The notes below the pieces were generated by a model that was not told the origin of the DNA, made no database searches, and worked only from the letters and a program-made list of their open reading frames with translations. Below are positions 14,036 through 27,800 of a stretch of DNA of 64,000 nt, piece by piece. Made by a program: the position numbers and the translations under genes. Origin of the DNA: Chiloscyllium plagiosum (lineage: Eukaryota); contig NC_057719.1 in NCBI RefSeq assembly GCF_004010195.1, positions 41,578,910 to 41,642,909 of the forward strand, in the 5' to 3' direction. Numbering within the stretch: the first letter of the stretch is position 1; each line of letters begins with the position of its first letter.

Positions 14036-15629
14036 AACAAAAACTTCCAGCTCGGCGAACAGAACCACAACAACGAGCACCCGAGCTACAAATCTTCGCA
14101 CAAACTTTGAACCCTTTTATATCTTTCCCCTCTCACCCTAAACTTATGCCCTCTAGTTCTGGACTCCCCCACCGCAGGGAAAAGACCTAGTCTATTTATC
14201 CTATCCAAGCCCTCATGATTTTATAAACCTCTATAAGATCACCACTCAGCCTCCAACACTCCAGGGAAAACAGCCCTAGCCAATTCAACCTTTCCCTATA
14301 GCTCAAATCCTTCAACCCTGGCAACATCCTTGTCAATCTTTTCTGAACCTGGTCAAGTTTTACAACATCCTTCTGATAGGAAGGAGACCAGAATTGCACA
14401 CAATATTCCAAAAGTGGCCTAACCAATGTTCTGTAAGCTGCAATATGACATCTCAACTCCTATACTCAATACTATGACCATTAAAGGAAAGCATACTAAG
14501 CACCTTCTTCACTATCCTATCCACCTGCAATTCCATTTTCAAGGAACTATGAACCTGCACTCCAAGGTCTCTTTGTTCAGCAACACTCCCCAGGACCTTC
14601 CCATTAAGTGTGTAAGTCCTGCTCTGATTTGCCTTTCCAAAATGCAGCACCTCGCATTCATCTAAATTAAACTCCATCTGCCACTCCTCAGCCCATTGGC
14701 CCAAGTGATCAAGATCCTGTTGTACACTGAGGTAACTGTCTTCGCTGTTCACCACACCTCCAATTTTGGCGTCATCTGCAAACTTACTAACTATACCTCC
14801 TATGTTCGCATCCAAATAATTTACATAAATGACAAAAAGCAGTGAACCCAGCACCAATTCTTGTGACACACTTATTCCAATGTAGTAACAACGCATAAAC
14901 ACACTCTTGGCAAAGGCAAATTCAGTAAAATCGATTGTCTGTCATGCAATTCTAGCAGCAGGAAGAGATCCCCAGCTTTCAGCTGTAACAGAGAGAGGAA
15001 TAAGAGCTTCCGCATCCAGCTTCAAGACCCCAGCAACTACAGAAAACTAAAACTAAAAATCTTGGTTCTATCGGAGCTTGACCCCATTCAGGCTGTTTTT
15101 ATTGTTCCAACTTTAAAAAAAACCCACAGCCTCATAAGCCTTTTACTCTATTGGCTTTGAGCAGACTGCTTGGTGCCTCTGTCTCAACTTTCTTCACAAA
15201 AAAAACTAGGAAAAAATACACCTCTTAAAACCATTGTATCATTACACTGTCCAACCTTATAAGACAAGCCTGCCCTTTCTTTACACCGTTCCTTAAATAA
15301 GGTGACCAATCCTATATACAGTATTCCAGATGTGCTTACATCAGTGCCCTGTAGAGCTGAAGCATATCCTCCCTATTTTTGCAGTCAATTTCCCTCGCAA
15401 TAGATGATAACATTCTCTTAACGTTCCTAGTCACTTGCCTGTTGTGATGCATGCACAAGGATTCCGAGATCCTTTTACATCTCAGAACTCTGCAATTTCT
15501 CACCATTGACATAAAATGCTACATATTTATTCCTCCTTCCAAAATGAACAAATTCAGTGGCCCACATTACACTTAACTTGCCAGACCTTTGCCCACTCAC
15601 CTGACTTATTTATATCTATTTGTAGTCTC

Positions 15630-16485
15630 AAAGAACAAAGAAAAGAACAAAGAACATTACAGCACAGGAATAGGCCCTTTGGCCCTCCAAGCCTGCGCTG
15701 ATCCATATCCTGTACCTAAATCGGCCATCTATTTTCTAAGGATCTGTATCTCTTTGCTCCCTGCCCATTCATGTATCTGTCTAGATACATCTTAAATGAC
15801 GCTATCATTCCTGCCCCTACCACCTCTGCTGGCAATACCTTCCAGGTACCCACCACCCTCTGCGTAAAGAACTTTCCACGTATATCTCCCTTAAACTTTT
15901 CCCCTCTCGCTTTGAACTTGTGACCCCTAGTAAGTGAATCCTCCACTTTGGCAAAAAGTTTCTTGCTATCCATCCTGTCTATACCTCTCATGATTTATAG
16001 GCCTCAATCAGGACTCCCTCAACCACCTCTTTCCAATGGAAATAATCCTAATCTACTCAACCTCTCCTCAGAGTTAGCATCCTCCAGACTAGGCAACATC
16101 CTGGTGAACCTCCTTTGCACCCTCTTCAAAACATCCACATCCTTTTGATAATGTGATGGCTAGAACTGTACGCAGTATTCCAAATGTGGCCAAATCAAAG
16201 TCTTAGACTTTTGTAATATGACCTGCCAACTCTTGTACTCAATACCTCATCTGATAAAAGAAACTATGCAGTATGCCTTCTTCACCACTCTACTGACCTG
16301 CATTGTCACCTTCAGGGAACAATGGACCTGAACACCCAGATCTGTCTGTACATCAATTTTCTCCAAGACCTTTCCAGTTATTGTATAGTTTGCTCTGGAA
16401 TTGCACCTTCCAAAATGCATCACCTCGCATTTGTTTGGATTGAACTCCATCTGCCATTTCTCTGCCCAACTGTTCAATCTTTCTA
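15630..16485 (-). mobile_element. 5'-truncated CR1 LINE
   Basis: Minus ORFs 15716..15991 and 16247..16477 (WAEKWQMEFN, FFTQRVV). Confidence 0.92.
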
Positions 16486-17020
16486 AATTCAGCTGTCTCT
16501 ATATGTCTTCTCCAAAGTTTACTTTCCTGACCTTCTGTCACTTTGTCCAAGTCATTTTTATTACTTGCTACTGATTGAAGTCCAGCACTGATCCATGTGG
16601 CACATTACTTATTGTATCTTGCCAACACGAAAAAGACCCATATAGACTGACTATCTGCTTCCTATTAGCCAGCCAACCTTCTTTCCTTGCTATGTCCTAC
16701 ACCTTGAGCTTTTACTTTACGCAATAACATTTATTGTGGCTATTTATCAAATGCCTTCTGCAAATCTAAGTACAATGTAAAATTTAGTCTCCTTTTATCC
16801 ATGTTACTTCCTCAAAGGACTCTAGTAGTTTAGTTAAACATGACTTTCTCTGTACTAAAGCATGTTGACTTTACTTTTTTTATACTTTGAATTTATGAGA
16901 GTGCTTTTCAAAACTTCTTTAATAATGGCTTCCAACATTTTTCCTCTGACTGCTATTAAACTTATTGGCCTGTAGTTTCCAGCTTTCTGTCTCCTCCCTT
17001 TTTAAATAAAGGAGTTGGGT

Positions 17021-17645
17021 TTAGAGTAATAAAGCTGTACAGAATGGAAACTGACCTTCAGTCCATTTCGTCCATGCCCACCACATATTGCCAGCATTTG
17101 GTCCCTATCACTCCAAACTCTTCCTATTCACGTACCCATTCGGATACTTTTTGAATGTTGTAATTGTACCAGCCTCCATCACTTCATCTGGCAACTCATT
17201 CCATTCAGGCACCATCCTTTGTGTGATCCATTTTAAATCTTTCCCCTCTTACATTAAACCTATGCCATCTAGTTTTGGAATCTCTTACCCTCCGACCTTG
17301 ACTATTCACCCTATCCATGCCTCTCATGATTTTATAAACTTCTATAAGGTCCCTTATTAGTTTCCAATTTTCCAGAGCTTATCCATCCTCTCACTGTAGC
17401 TCAAAATCTCCAACTCTGGTAACATCCTTGGAAATCTTTTCTGAACCCTTTCAAATTTAACAACATCCTTCCGATAGCAAGAAGACCAGAATTGTATGCA
17501 GTATTCCAAAAGTGGCCTTATCAATGTCCTGTACAGCCTCAACATGACCTCTCAACTCCTGTACTCAATACTCTGACCATTAAAGGCAAGCTCACTGAAT
17601 GTCTTCTTCACTATCCTATCTACCTGTAACTCCACTCACGGGACC
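17021..17645 (-). mobile_element. CR1 3' fragment
   Basis: Minus ORF 17357..17545 LYRTLIRPLLEYCIQFWS. Confidence 0.88.
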
Positions 17646-17779
17646 TTGAAATCGATGAACATTTGGAAAACTAATATTAATCCGTCAACTACCTCATTTG
17701 CTACATCTTACACCCTAAGAGGAAGTGCATCGGGTTTCAATCAAGTCAGCCTGGAGCTCAAACACATTACTCAATTCAA

Positions 17780-18345
17780 TAAAACAAAGAACTGCAGAAG
17801 CAAAAATTGCAGGAGAAACTCATCTGGTCTAGCAGCATCTTTGGAGAGAAAGCAGTCTTAACATTTCAAGTCCAGTGTCCCTTGATCACTGATACTAGCT
17901 AGAAGAAGATGGCATTTTTGCTGATGGCAGAAGGTAGGAGTGGGGAAGTAGGTGGTGGAAGGAGTACTCAGATACATGGAGACAGAGCCCAGAGAGAGAG
18001 AAAAGATTTTAGGCAAACATGGGGATGGTTAATAGTAAGCCAGGGAAGAAGAAAAGCTGATAGTGGAGACAATGAGTAGGTGAAACTGGATTAGCTGTGC
18101 TGAAAGGAGCCTTTGTCAAGAGAGGGCCGGGGTGTGGGGGTGGTTAAAGGTCATCGGAGGAGATGTTTAAGCTTTCTTTGGAGCATCGTGGCAGGCCCAA
18201 GACAGAAGAGAACACAGTGGTGTGTTGAAGTGGCAGGCAACTGGAGGTTTGGAGTCATTTTCATGGACAGATCACAGGTGTTCTGCAAAGCAGACACGCA
18301 ACCTGCATTTTGTCTCACTAATGTAGTGGAGACCACACTGGCAGC
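17780..18345 (-). mobile_element. Degraded PLE 3' fragment
   Basis: Terminus homologous to 45100-45210 and 48160-48293; TGTCTCACTAATGTAGTGGAGACC is the reverse complement of a GL.YI.ET GIY-YIG relic. Confidence 0.65.
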
Positions 18346-19957
18346 AGCTTTATTCAGTGCTATTTCTTTGGTGATTGAATTTTTCTGAATTCCTCTCTCC
18401 ATTCTATATCCTGATTTTTCATTGCCTCTGTGACATTACTTGTATTCTCTATAATGAAGACTTACATAAAATACCTTTTCCACATTCACTTTCGAAATGA
18501 CCGATGCTCACTTTGATAACTCCTTTTCTCTTTCCAGATATATGGGGGACCCATCTGTCTTTGTATTTCTCTCATACTCTACTTTTTAAATCACATTTCT
18601 TTAGTCATTTTTTTGCCTTTCTTTTTATGTTCTGTCCAATCATCTGACTGGCCACCTGAGTTTGCATAATTATTTTTTTTTCATTTTAAGTTTCATATTT
18701 TGTTTAACATTTTTCTGTTAATGACAGGTGCAGGTTCCATCCTGAGAACTTTCCTTTCATATTGGAACATCTCTACTCTGAAATACTATCCCTGCAACTG
18801 TATGGACCTGTCCTTCTATCTAATTTGTCAACTCACTTTAGCAAGTTCTGCTTTCATGCCCTCATAATTACTGTAACTTACGTTTCAAAGAAATAGTTTC
18901 AGACCCACTCATCATGCCCTTAAACTGTATTTAAAGTTCAATCATATTATGATCACTGTTACCTATGAGCATCTACCCTATGAGATCATTGATGAATCCT
19001 ATCTCATTAAAACTTCCACCTCAATTCACTACACTTCATATAGAGTAATCTTAAATTTTAAATTCACGTGGAAAGAATGATGCACGGTGCTTTCAGTTAG
19101 AAAGTCTAGTAAATGAAGTGTAAGTCCATATTAAATAATTCACACTGAATAAGTGGTATCATTTACTGACTGCATGGCCATTCGTATACTTGGTGCTATG
19201 TGTGTGTTCTGCTGAAATCCTTCTCATGCCACAACCTGAACTACCCAAGTTTAGTGGCAAATTCATCTTTTGGACATGTATTTACAGTACTCAATATAAG
19301 TTCACATTCTATTGTTGACATGAAAGAATTGAAGACAGGTCAACAGTTGCTGCATTAGTCATACTGCCAGCTTGATAATGAACAGCTCATGTGCCTGCAA
19401 TATCATGACAGCATGATGTAAAACATGAACTGACAATCCTTTGAGTAAGCAAGCTTCAGGATATTTGCCAGATCTTAAAACACTGAATCTCTGTGTATTT
19501 CCTGTCTGTACCACCCACAATTTATTACAGTGTAATTGCTATTAATAGCAACAATCACTATATAAAGCCCAAAAAACAAAAAAGATACTCCTTGATTGTT
19601 TCATTCCTGATTTTGAAACATAACAGCAAATACCATTTTCAGAGAATGCAGATCCACTGAGGGTTACTTTGACTTGGCATGATAGCATAAGATGGAAAAT
19701 AAATGAAAAGAAATATTGGGGTGGTCGTAAAAGGACTAACAACCCACTATTACCAATTACACTATCCGAGTGTCAAGATTACCACCAGTAATTCCTTGGC
19801 AGTGGATCATGTTGTATTGAAATGCTGTTTCTGTGGTTAAACCAAAACATGACACATGATGCCGAAACACACATCAATACTTGTACTGCTCTTGATGTAT
19901 CATGCACAGTAGGACTTTCCTGGAAAGTGCAGGAGTAATTTTCTATGTTCTTCCATA

Positions 19958-20615
19958 GGTATTGCTGGAAAGCCCAGCATTGTTGCTCAAAACTATGTGC
20001 CCTTCAGGAGATAGAATCAGCTACTACTTTGAACTGCTGCAGTCCATGTGGTGCAGGTGCACCCAGAGTGCTTTTAGGGAGAAAGTTCTAGAATTCTGAC
20101 CAAGCCACAGAGGAGGATCAGTGGTAGAGTTGCAAGTGAGGCTGGTGTGTGGCTTGGAGGAGAACTTGCAGGTATTGATGTTCCGATGCATCTGCTGCTC
20201 TTGACTCTTGTAGAAGTCACAAGCATGGAAGGTTATTTGAAAGAAGCCTTGATGAGTTGATGCATCCTGTAGATGTCACAAACTGCTACCACTATATATG
20301 AGTAGCGGAGGGGGGGGGGGGGAGATGTTTAAACCAGTGAATGGAATGTCAATCAAGTAGGTTCCTTTGCCCTAGAGGGAGTCACATTTCATGTTATTGG
20401 AGCTGCACTCTTCCTGCAGGTGAAGAGCATTTAACCCACACACGGGACCTTTATCTTGTACTTGAGGACTGTAATACCATTGTGTGCTGAGAGGAATTAG
20501 TTAGTTTCTCTCTTGTTGGAGATGATCATTGCCTAGTACTTGTGAGGCACAAATAATACTTGATACATATCAACCCAAACCTTAGTTTGTCCAGATCTTG
20601 CTGCGTGGGGATATG
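19958..20615 (-). mobile_element. Old LINE 3' fragment (same family as 2806-3052)
   Basis: Shared blocks with 2806-3052; contains a poly-G run at 20308-20322. Confidence 0.6.
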
Positions 20616-20940
20616 GATCTTATTGGATGCCCTTGACTTTATTGAGACGAGAAGGCTGCATATAACCATCAACAGAGAGCACAAGTGGTACAACAGCCAA
20701 CTTGAGTGAATTCAACTTCTACAAAGGCCAATCAATTAGTGTCAAGTCTATCAAAGCCTGGGCTCAGTGACTGTACAGAAACCAATTCTTTTCATTCTGA
20801 ACTCCACCCAGACAGCATTTAACGCAAGGCTTGATTCTCAAATGATAAGGCTAAAAATCTTTTCCACCATCACTTTGGAAGAATTAAACACATGATAAAT
20901 ATTTGATCGTGATAATAATCTATTTTGTTCCATAAATATT

Positions 20941-22135
20941 CAACAACTATTTTCATTTATACAACACCCTTTCAGGTAATGAAATGTCTGAATGTGCTTT
21001 TCAAGAGCATAATGAAACAAATGTGGTGGCATGGTGGCTCAGTGGTTAGCACTGCTGCCTCACATCTCCAGCAACCCAGGCTCGATTCCTGCCTCGGGCA
21101 ACTGTCTGTGTGGTGTTTGCACATTCTCCCTGTGTCTGCATGGGTTTCCTCCGGGTGCTCCAGCTTCTTCCCACAATCCAAAGCTGTGCAGGTTAGGTGA
21201 ACTGGTCATGCTAAATCGCCCACAGTGTTCAGGGATGTATAGGTTAGGTGCATTAGTCAGGGGTAAATGTAGGATAATGGGAATGGGGTGAGTTGCTCTT
21301 CAAAGGGTCAATGTGGATTTGTTGGGCCAAAGGGCCTGTTTCCACACTGTAGGGATTCTAAAAAAAATTAGCATCAAGCCATTCAAGGATACATTATATC
21401 AGATGTGCAGGGTTTCATCACAACAAGTAAATTATAAGAAGTGCTCCAAAGGAGACTGGGGAAGCAGTGAGGTGGAGAAGCTTAGCATGTAAATTCCACA
21501 GTTTGGTGTCTTGGCAGCTGAAGGTATGCCACCAATGTTGTAGCAAGTAAATTTAGAAATTCTCAGGAAGCTGGAATTGGCTATGTATGGAGGTCTGGAG
21601 GAATTGTGGGGTTGCAGGAGGTTAAAGGGATAATGAGGGAGTGAAAACTATGGCGGGATTTGAAAACAAGAACAAAACGTTAACATGCAGCATTGTTTTA
21701 TCAGGAGCCAATGTAGATTAGGGAACACAGGGGTGATAGGTGAGCAGGACCTGTGTGTTAGGACAAAGGCAGCACATTTTTACTTACTGCAGGTTTGTGG
21801 TGAAAAGGATATGAGTGTGTTGGAATTATCGGGTCTCATGGAAATAAAAACATGGATGAGAGTTTCAGCAGTCAATGAGTTGAGGCCGAAGCAGAGTGAG
21901 GGGATGTTCTAGAGATAGGCATGTGTTGTATATGTTGGATACGTGATGTGAAGCTTATCTTGAACCCAAATATAACACCAGTGTTGCAAAAGTCTGATCT
22001 AGCAACACACAGTTATGTGAGAGTGGAGTCAGTGTCAAGGGAATAGAGCTGGAAGATGGGGCCCCAAACATACTGGCTTCTCTCTTCCCATTATTTAATT
22101 GGAGGAACTTTCTGCTCATCCAATACTGAATATTT
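20941..22135 (-). mobile_element. Old L2-like LINE fragment interrupted by a SINE
   Basis: Starts CAACAACTATTTTCATTTATACAACACC, an L2-type 3' end on the reverse strand; similar terminus at ~56980. Confidence 0.5.
21024..21360 (+). mobile_element. HE1-like SINE
   Basis: A box TGGCTCAGTGG, B box GCTCGATTCC, CR1-type tail. Confidence 0.9.
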
Positions 22136-23816
22136 AATATTACTCAACAAGCATCTACAGTGTTTTGATGCAGAAAAATCAATAAGTAAAGAACCTTTCA
22201 TATCCCACCAATCTGATTAATATGGATTTAATTGAACCAAGTAATTAATACCAGTCTACTTTAAAGTAGATTTTCTTGCACTGAGAGCATCAACAAAAAC
22301 TGATCTTCTATACCATTGAAAGACTAATAAAAACATGCTCACTATCACATCTGCACATGTCAACAAATCTGCAGCAAAGGTTTCTGAAAACATGTTGCAC
22401 AATGTAACAATAGGCACTTAAAATGAAACTGCTAGCAACAAGTCTAGACTGTCAAGTACCTTCAGATTGGATTTGAATTTATGAAGATTACTTTATTTGG
22501 GGTTCTCGTAATCTATGTCTCTGTAGTAATTCACATTCACTCTAATTTCAAATGCAGTCAAAGACTGCTGTATTTCAAAATGACACTGTAATCACAGATC
22601 CACATTAAAAAGTCATTATTGTTTAGAATCTAGCTTGGTTAGGCAAACACTTACTATAAAATTCAGCAGCCTTTCTAAATTACCCAGAGGTTTTTACTCA
22701 GGAATACAAGATGGGGTGATTTAAATCATTGACTTACTATTTTATTGATTGTATGAGATTTTATGCTGTTATTTTTGACTGAAATGCTAAGTGAGCAAGC
22801 CAAAAATGGACTTACCTGGATTAGTTAATAAATAATTATGCACTGCCTCTGTTTGAACGTTCTGAGTGCAACAATTAATGCGGAAGGATTTTATAGCACG
22901 ACATTTTTTAAATGTGACCTTTCTTTTCACAGGATGATCATATAAGTCTGCATCATTATCATATATCAATTGAAATGTAAAGGTCTTTTTAAAAGCATTC
23001 AGCATGTGTTATTCAAGTAACACACTAAAATAGTTTTTTTCCCAGTATGTAAAATCATTGATATTTTATTTGAAATACATTTTTAAAAACTGACTTTGTT
23101 AGCTTTCAGAAAGTAATAAAGAACAAACTAAGTCAAGCCAGCTTTAAGTTCGAGGTGACCTTGTCTTGCCTTGCCAGATATCAAATTGGCAAGTATTTAA
23201 AATACTGACTATGATGAACAGTGAGAATGTAACGACTTGAGCTGACCAATATAAATAAAGAAACCTTTAACTTAAACTAAGTGTTGCAACAAAGACTAGT
23301 TGATTCAAATCATTTAAATGTAAATGTAACCTTGTGTCTGTGGTCTTGCAAATTGGAACCACAAATAACTTTTTTTCAAGCATTTGTACTCCAATAATAC
23401 TATTGCATGGCTTGTTCTTGCTTCTTTTCCCAAAAAGTACATTTCTTTTTGTCCTCGTATTGAAATACGCAGAATGAGGGAGCAGTGTGTGATTTATGTC
23501 CGGGCTCTTGGAATACAGTGCCTGGTGTTGGGAACATATCACGGTGAGAGTGCTAGTGGTGGGGAGGTGGAGCAAGGGACGATGAGGGAGCAGAAAGTCA
23601 AATGTTTAAATGCTGAAAGATATTGGAGCCAGAGTTTTAAAATCCATGCACTTATTGTTAAGTAGAGATATTATTTTAAAAGGTTATTTCAAGTTGATAA
23701 GAGAAAACGTACGTAACTTGAAAAAGACAACAGATTTAAATGTGATTGGATCTGCAGTCAAATGATGATTGGTGCAGCACCAGATTGTGAATGTTTATGT
23801 TGTCACTATTAAACTG

Positions 23817-24001
23817 AAAAAAATCACACAATACCAGACTATAAACCAACAGGTTTATTTGGAAGCCATAGCTTTCAGAGCACTGCCTGATGAAGGAGCA
23901 GCGCTCTGAAAGCTAGTGCTTCCAAATAAACCTGTTGAACTTGTTGTTACATGAAATATAACTTTGTTCACCCCAGTTCAACACCAGCTCCTCCACATCA
24001 T
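23817..24001. mobile_element. Miniature fold-back PLE-type element with hammerhead motif
   Basis: Inverted arms ~23847-23886 / 23898-23937; CTGATGA-A-GGAGCagcGCTCT-GAAA-GC-TA at 23887-23915; degenerate TSD CACTATTAAACTG / GACTGTTAAAGTG. Confidence 0.7.
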
Positions 24002-25436
24002 GACTGTTAAAGTGGAGAGAAATTATGACAATTCAAATGCAGAAACAGCTGGTATCTCATCTCATCCTCTTTACCTGCTGTGTTATTCAAATCACTTCTC
24101 CATCTTTCAGGTGATGTCCCTTACTGTGGTTAGATTCTGAATAACACAAGCAATCTTTGGAAAATTGTACAGCAAGTCCCACAGACCAAGGATGGCACCC
24201 CTCATCCATTGGATAGTAACCTAAAGGGATCTGTACATAATGTAGGACCCAGTGAGCAGTAAGATGACTGGTGACAGGAACAGTCGTGCACACAGAAAAC
24301 AAATACATTTTGATGACACAGAAGGAGACTATTCAACCCACCCTGGCCATGCAGGCTCACTGGGAGGGTGCTGTTCACTTCTACTTTGGCAAAAGAAGAC
24401 TTCTAGGGCCTATTTATGAAAGAAAATTGAGCTTAACAAACAGCTATATCAGGCTGATGGGCCATGGCTTGAATTTGACTTGTCTTGCTAACATCTGTTG
24501 GTCTTGTCAAGATTTCCTGGACACATATTAGTTGCTGCCCACTTTTGGAATATTTTACAACTTTGCACAATTAAAGTTTTAAATGAGATGTGGCATGTGA
24601 TATATTATTTTCATAACTGTGATCTTTGCTATAACCCATATTGAAATTGATAAATCATTTTCCCTTTTGACCTTACTCTTCAAGAGATTTTTAAGAGTAA
24701 GGATCTCAATTTCTTTTATATTCAGTTACAACTTACAGAGGAAAAGTTACAGGAGCATTCTGGCTTTTCTCATTAACAGTATCAGAATCATTGCTGGAAG
24801 TCAGGGCTGTGAAGAATAGAAAACTAAGTGACAATGGCTCCTACCTGGACCACTATTAGATGTGACCGCTACCTATTTTACCATCAACTCATGTTACCCA
24901 GTCTTAATCACTGAGGCTTATCAGTTCAGTTAGCCTATGTGCAGAATTCCAATAAGAGTTTTACATGCCCTACTGAATCTCCTACTGTAAATCAATGACT
25001 CTGAAAATATATTAGAACACAACTTTCAGAAAGAAAATAATCTGAATAACGTAATTAATGTGCAAATTCGCGAACAACTTATGAGGAGAAAGAGATATCT
25101 TGTGAATTGTGAATTACCACAAATCCTTGGACAATTTGCACATTATAGAGTCATAGAGATGTACAGCACTGGAAAATCAGAAATTCTTAATAGCTTTAAG
25201 ATTTTCATGATCTTTTTGAATTTGAAACATGACTTGTATGTTAAATTTCGAAAGATAAGTTAGACCTAGTGATTAATATTGTAAATATCACTTTATGAAC
25301 ATAATAAATTTGATTAGCTGTCAATCAACTGCTATAGTCCACAGAGTGAACAATATTAAGTGTGGGGTCTTATTTCTTCAGTTTGTAAATTGATTTTGGA
25401 GACAATAAAATATCAAAATTTATCCCTCACTTTCTC

Positions 25437-27190
25437 TTAGAGTCATAGAGATGTACAGCATGGAAACAAACCCTTCGGTCCAATCCATCCATGCCGACCA
25501 GATATCTCAACTTAATCTAGTCTCACCTGCCAGCACACGGCCCATATCCCTCCAAACCCTTCTTATTCATACACCCATCCAGATGCCTTTTAAATGTTGC
25601 AATTGTACCAGCCTCCACCACTTCCTCTGGCAGCTCATTCCATGCATGTACCACCCTCTGTGTGAAAATGTTGCCCCTTAGGTCTCTTTTATATCTTGCC
25701 CCTCTCACCCTAAATCAATGCCCTCTAGTTCTGGAATACCCCACCCCAGGGAAAAGACATTGTCTACTTATGCTATACATACCCCTCATGATTTTATAAA
25801 CCTCTATAAAGTCACCCCTCAGCCTCCGACGCTTCAGAGAAAACAGCCCGAGCCAATTCAACCTCTCCCTATAGCTCAAATCCTCCAACCCTGGCAACAT
25901 CCTTGTAAATCTTTTCTGAACCCTTTCAAGTTTCACAACACCGTTCCGATAGGAAGGAGACCAGAATTGCATGCAATATTTCAAAAGTAGCCCGACCAGT
26001 GTCCTGTACAGCCACAACATGACCTCCCAACTCCTGTACTCAATACTCTGACCAATAAAAGAAAGCAAACTAAATGCCTTCTTCACTATCCTATCTACCT
26101 GTGACTCTACTTTCAAGGAGCTATGAACCTGCACTCCAAGGTCTCTTTGTTCAGCAACACTCCCGAGGACCTTACCATTAAGTGCATAAGTCCTGGTAAG
26201 ATTTGTTTTCCCAAATTCCAGCACGTCACATTTTTCTAAATTAAACTCCATCTGCCGCTCCTCAGCCCATTGGCCCATCTGATCAAGATCCCGTTGTAAT
26301 CTGAGGTAACCTTCTTCGCTGCCCACTATACCTCCAATTTTGGAGTTTTCTGCAAACTTACTAACTATACCTCTTGTGCGCTCATCGAAAGCATTTATAT
26401 CACTGATGAAATGTAATGGACCCAGCACCGATCCTCATGGCACACCACTGATCACAGGCCTCCAGTCTGAAAAACAATCCTCCACCACCACCCTCTGTCT
26501 TCTACCTCCGGGCCAGTTCTGTATTTAAATGACTAGTTCTCCCTGCATTCCATTAGATCTAACCTTGCTAACCAGTCTCCCATGGGGAACCTCATCAAAT
26601 GCCTTACTGAAGTCCATATAGATCACGTCAACAGCTCTATCCTCATCAATCCTCTTTCTTACTTCTTCAAAAAACTCAATCAAGTTAGTGAAACATGATT
26701 TCCCATGCACAAAGCCATGTTGACTATCCTTAATCTGTCCTTGCCTTTCCAAATACATGGAAATCCTGTCCCTCAGGATTCCCTCCAACAAGTTGCCCAC
26801 CACCAACGTCAAACTCACCAGTCTATAGTTCCCTGGCTTGTCCTTACCACCTTTCTTAAATAGTGGCACCACATTAGCTGACCTCCAGTCTTCTGGCACC
26901 TCACCTGTGACTATCGATGATACAAATATCTCAATAAGAGGCCCAGCAAACACTTCCCTAGCTTCCCAGAGAGTTCTAGCGTACACCTGATCAGGTCCTG
27001 GGGATTTATCCACTTTTATGCGTTTCAAGACATCCAGCACTTACTCCTCTGTTTCCCTATATTCTATGTCTTCCATGTCTTTCCCTACCATAAACACTGA
27101 TGCAAAATATTTATTTAGTATCTGTCCATCTCCTGTGGTTCCACACAAAGGCTGCCTTGCTGATCTTTGAGGGGCCGTATTCTCTCCCTA
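25437..27190 (-). mobile_element. CR1 LINE (RT region to 3' tail), cut off by assembly gap
   Basis: Minus ORFs 26525..27040 (KSPGPD, GNYRLVSLT, QHGF, YMDFSKAFD) and 25715..26428. Confidence 0.95.
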
Positions 27191-27690
27191 NNNNNNNNNN
27201 NNNNNNNNNNNNNNNNNNNNNNNNNNNNNNNNNNNNNNNNNNNNNNNNNNNNNNNNNNNNNNNNNNNNNNNNNNNNNNNNNNNNNNNNNNNNNNNNNNNN
27301 NNNNNNNNNNNNNNNNNNNNNNNNNNNNNNNNNNNNNNNNNNNNNNNNNNNNNNNNNNNNNNNNNNNNNNNNNNNNNNNNNNNNNNNNNNNNNNNNNNNN
27401 NNNNNNNNNNNNNNNNNNNNNNNNNNNNNNNNNNNNNNNNNNNNNNNNNNNNNNNNNNNNNNNNNNNNNNNNNNNNNNNNNNNNNNNNNNNNNNNNNNNN
27501 NNNNNNNNNNNNNNNNNNNNNNNNNNNNNNNNNNNNNNNNNNNNNNNNNNNNNNNNNNNNNNNNNNNNNNNNNNNNNNNNNNNNNNNNNNNNNNNNNNNN
27601 NNNNNNNNNNNNNNNNNNNNNNNNNNNNNNNNNNNNNNNNNNNNNNNNNNNNNNNNNNNNNNNNNNNNNNNNNNNNNNNNNNNNNNNNNN
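27191..27690. other. Assembly gap (500 N)
   Basis: Run of N. Confidence 1.
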
Positions 27691-27800
27691 GAGCAGAAGA
27701 ATCGATGTTTTAAACATAAGCCCTTCCTGATGAAAAGCTTTTGCTCAAAAAGTTGATTCTCCTGCTCCACGGATGCTGTCTGACTGGCTGTGCTTTTCCA
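27691..27800. mobile_element. Degraded fold-back PLE terminus
   Basis: GAGCAGAAGAATCGA...CCTGATGAAAAGC...TTGATTCTCCTGCTC; homologous to 44911-44990. Confidence 0.7.

Larger units (their letters stand above)
13026..14111. mobile_element. Penelope-like element, fold-back (inverted) insertion
   Basis: 13-bp TSD CCCTTTTATATCT (13013-13025 / 14112-14124); 13026-13276 is the reverse complement of ~13819-14071; encodes VYRKATHTDQVLNYESNHP (RT thumb) and, on minus, NVVYKIPCKDCTKHYI (GIY-YIG). Confidence 0.9.
12760..14870 (-). mobile_element. 5'-truncated CR1 LINE, interrupted by a PLE
   Basis: Minus ORFs 14196..14456 and 14453..14902 (KFADDAKIGG, RPLLEYCVQFWSP); (CTATGACT)n-type tail at 12760. Confidence 0.92.
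12531..15246 (-). mobile_element. Probable solo LTR (~600 bp in two halves, 12531-12759 and 14871-15246), interrupted by a CR1
   Basis: Non-LINE block interrupting the outer CR1; ends ...CATTACA; imperfect 4-bp TSD TTGT/CTGT; minus-strand AATAAA near 12660. Confidence 0.55.
12126..17016 (-). mobile_element. Old CR1 split into pieces (12126-12530, 15247-15629, 16488-17016) by later insertions
   Basis: CR1 sequence resumes in register across each insertion (AAGCCTAAC | CTGTCCAACCTT). Confidence 0.7.

Noticed and set aside
25146..25169. TAGAGTCATAGAGATGTACAGCA repeated at 25438 as a TSD
   Set aside because: It is the CR1 3' terminus itself, an extremely truncated copy, not a duplication flanking an insert.
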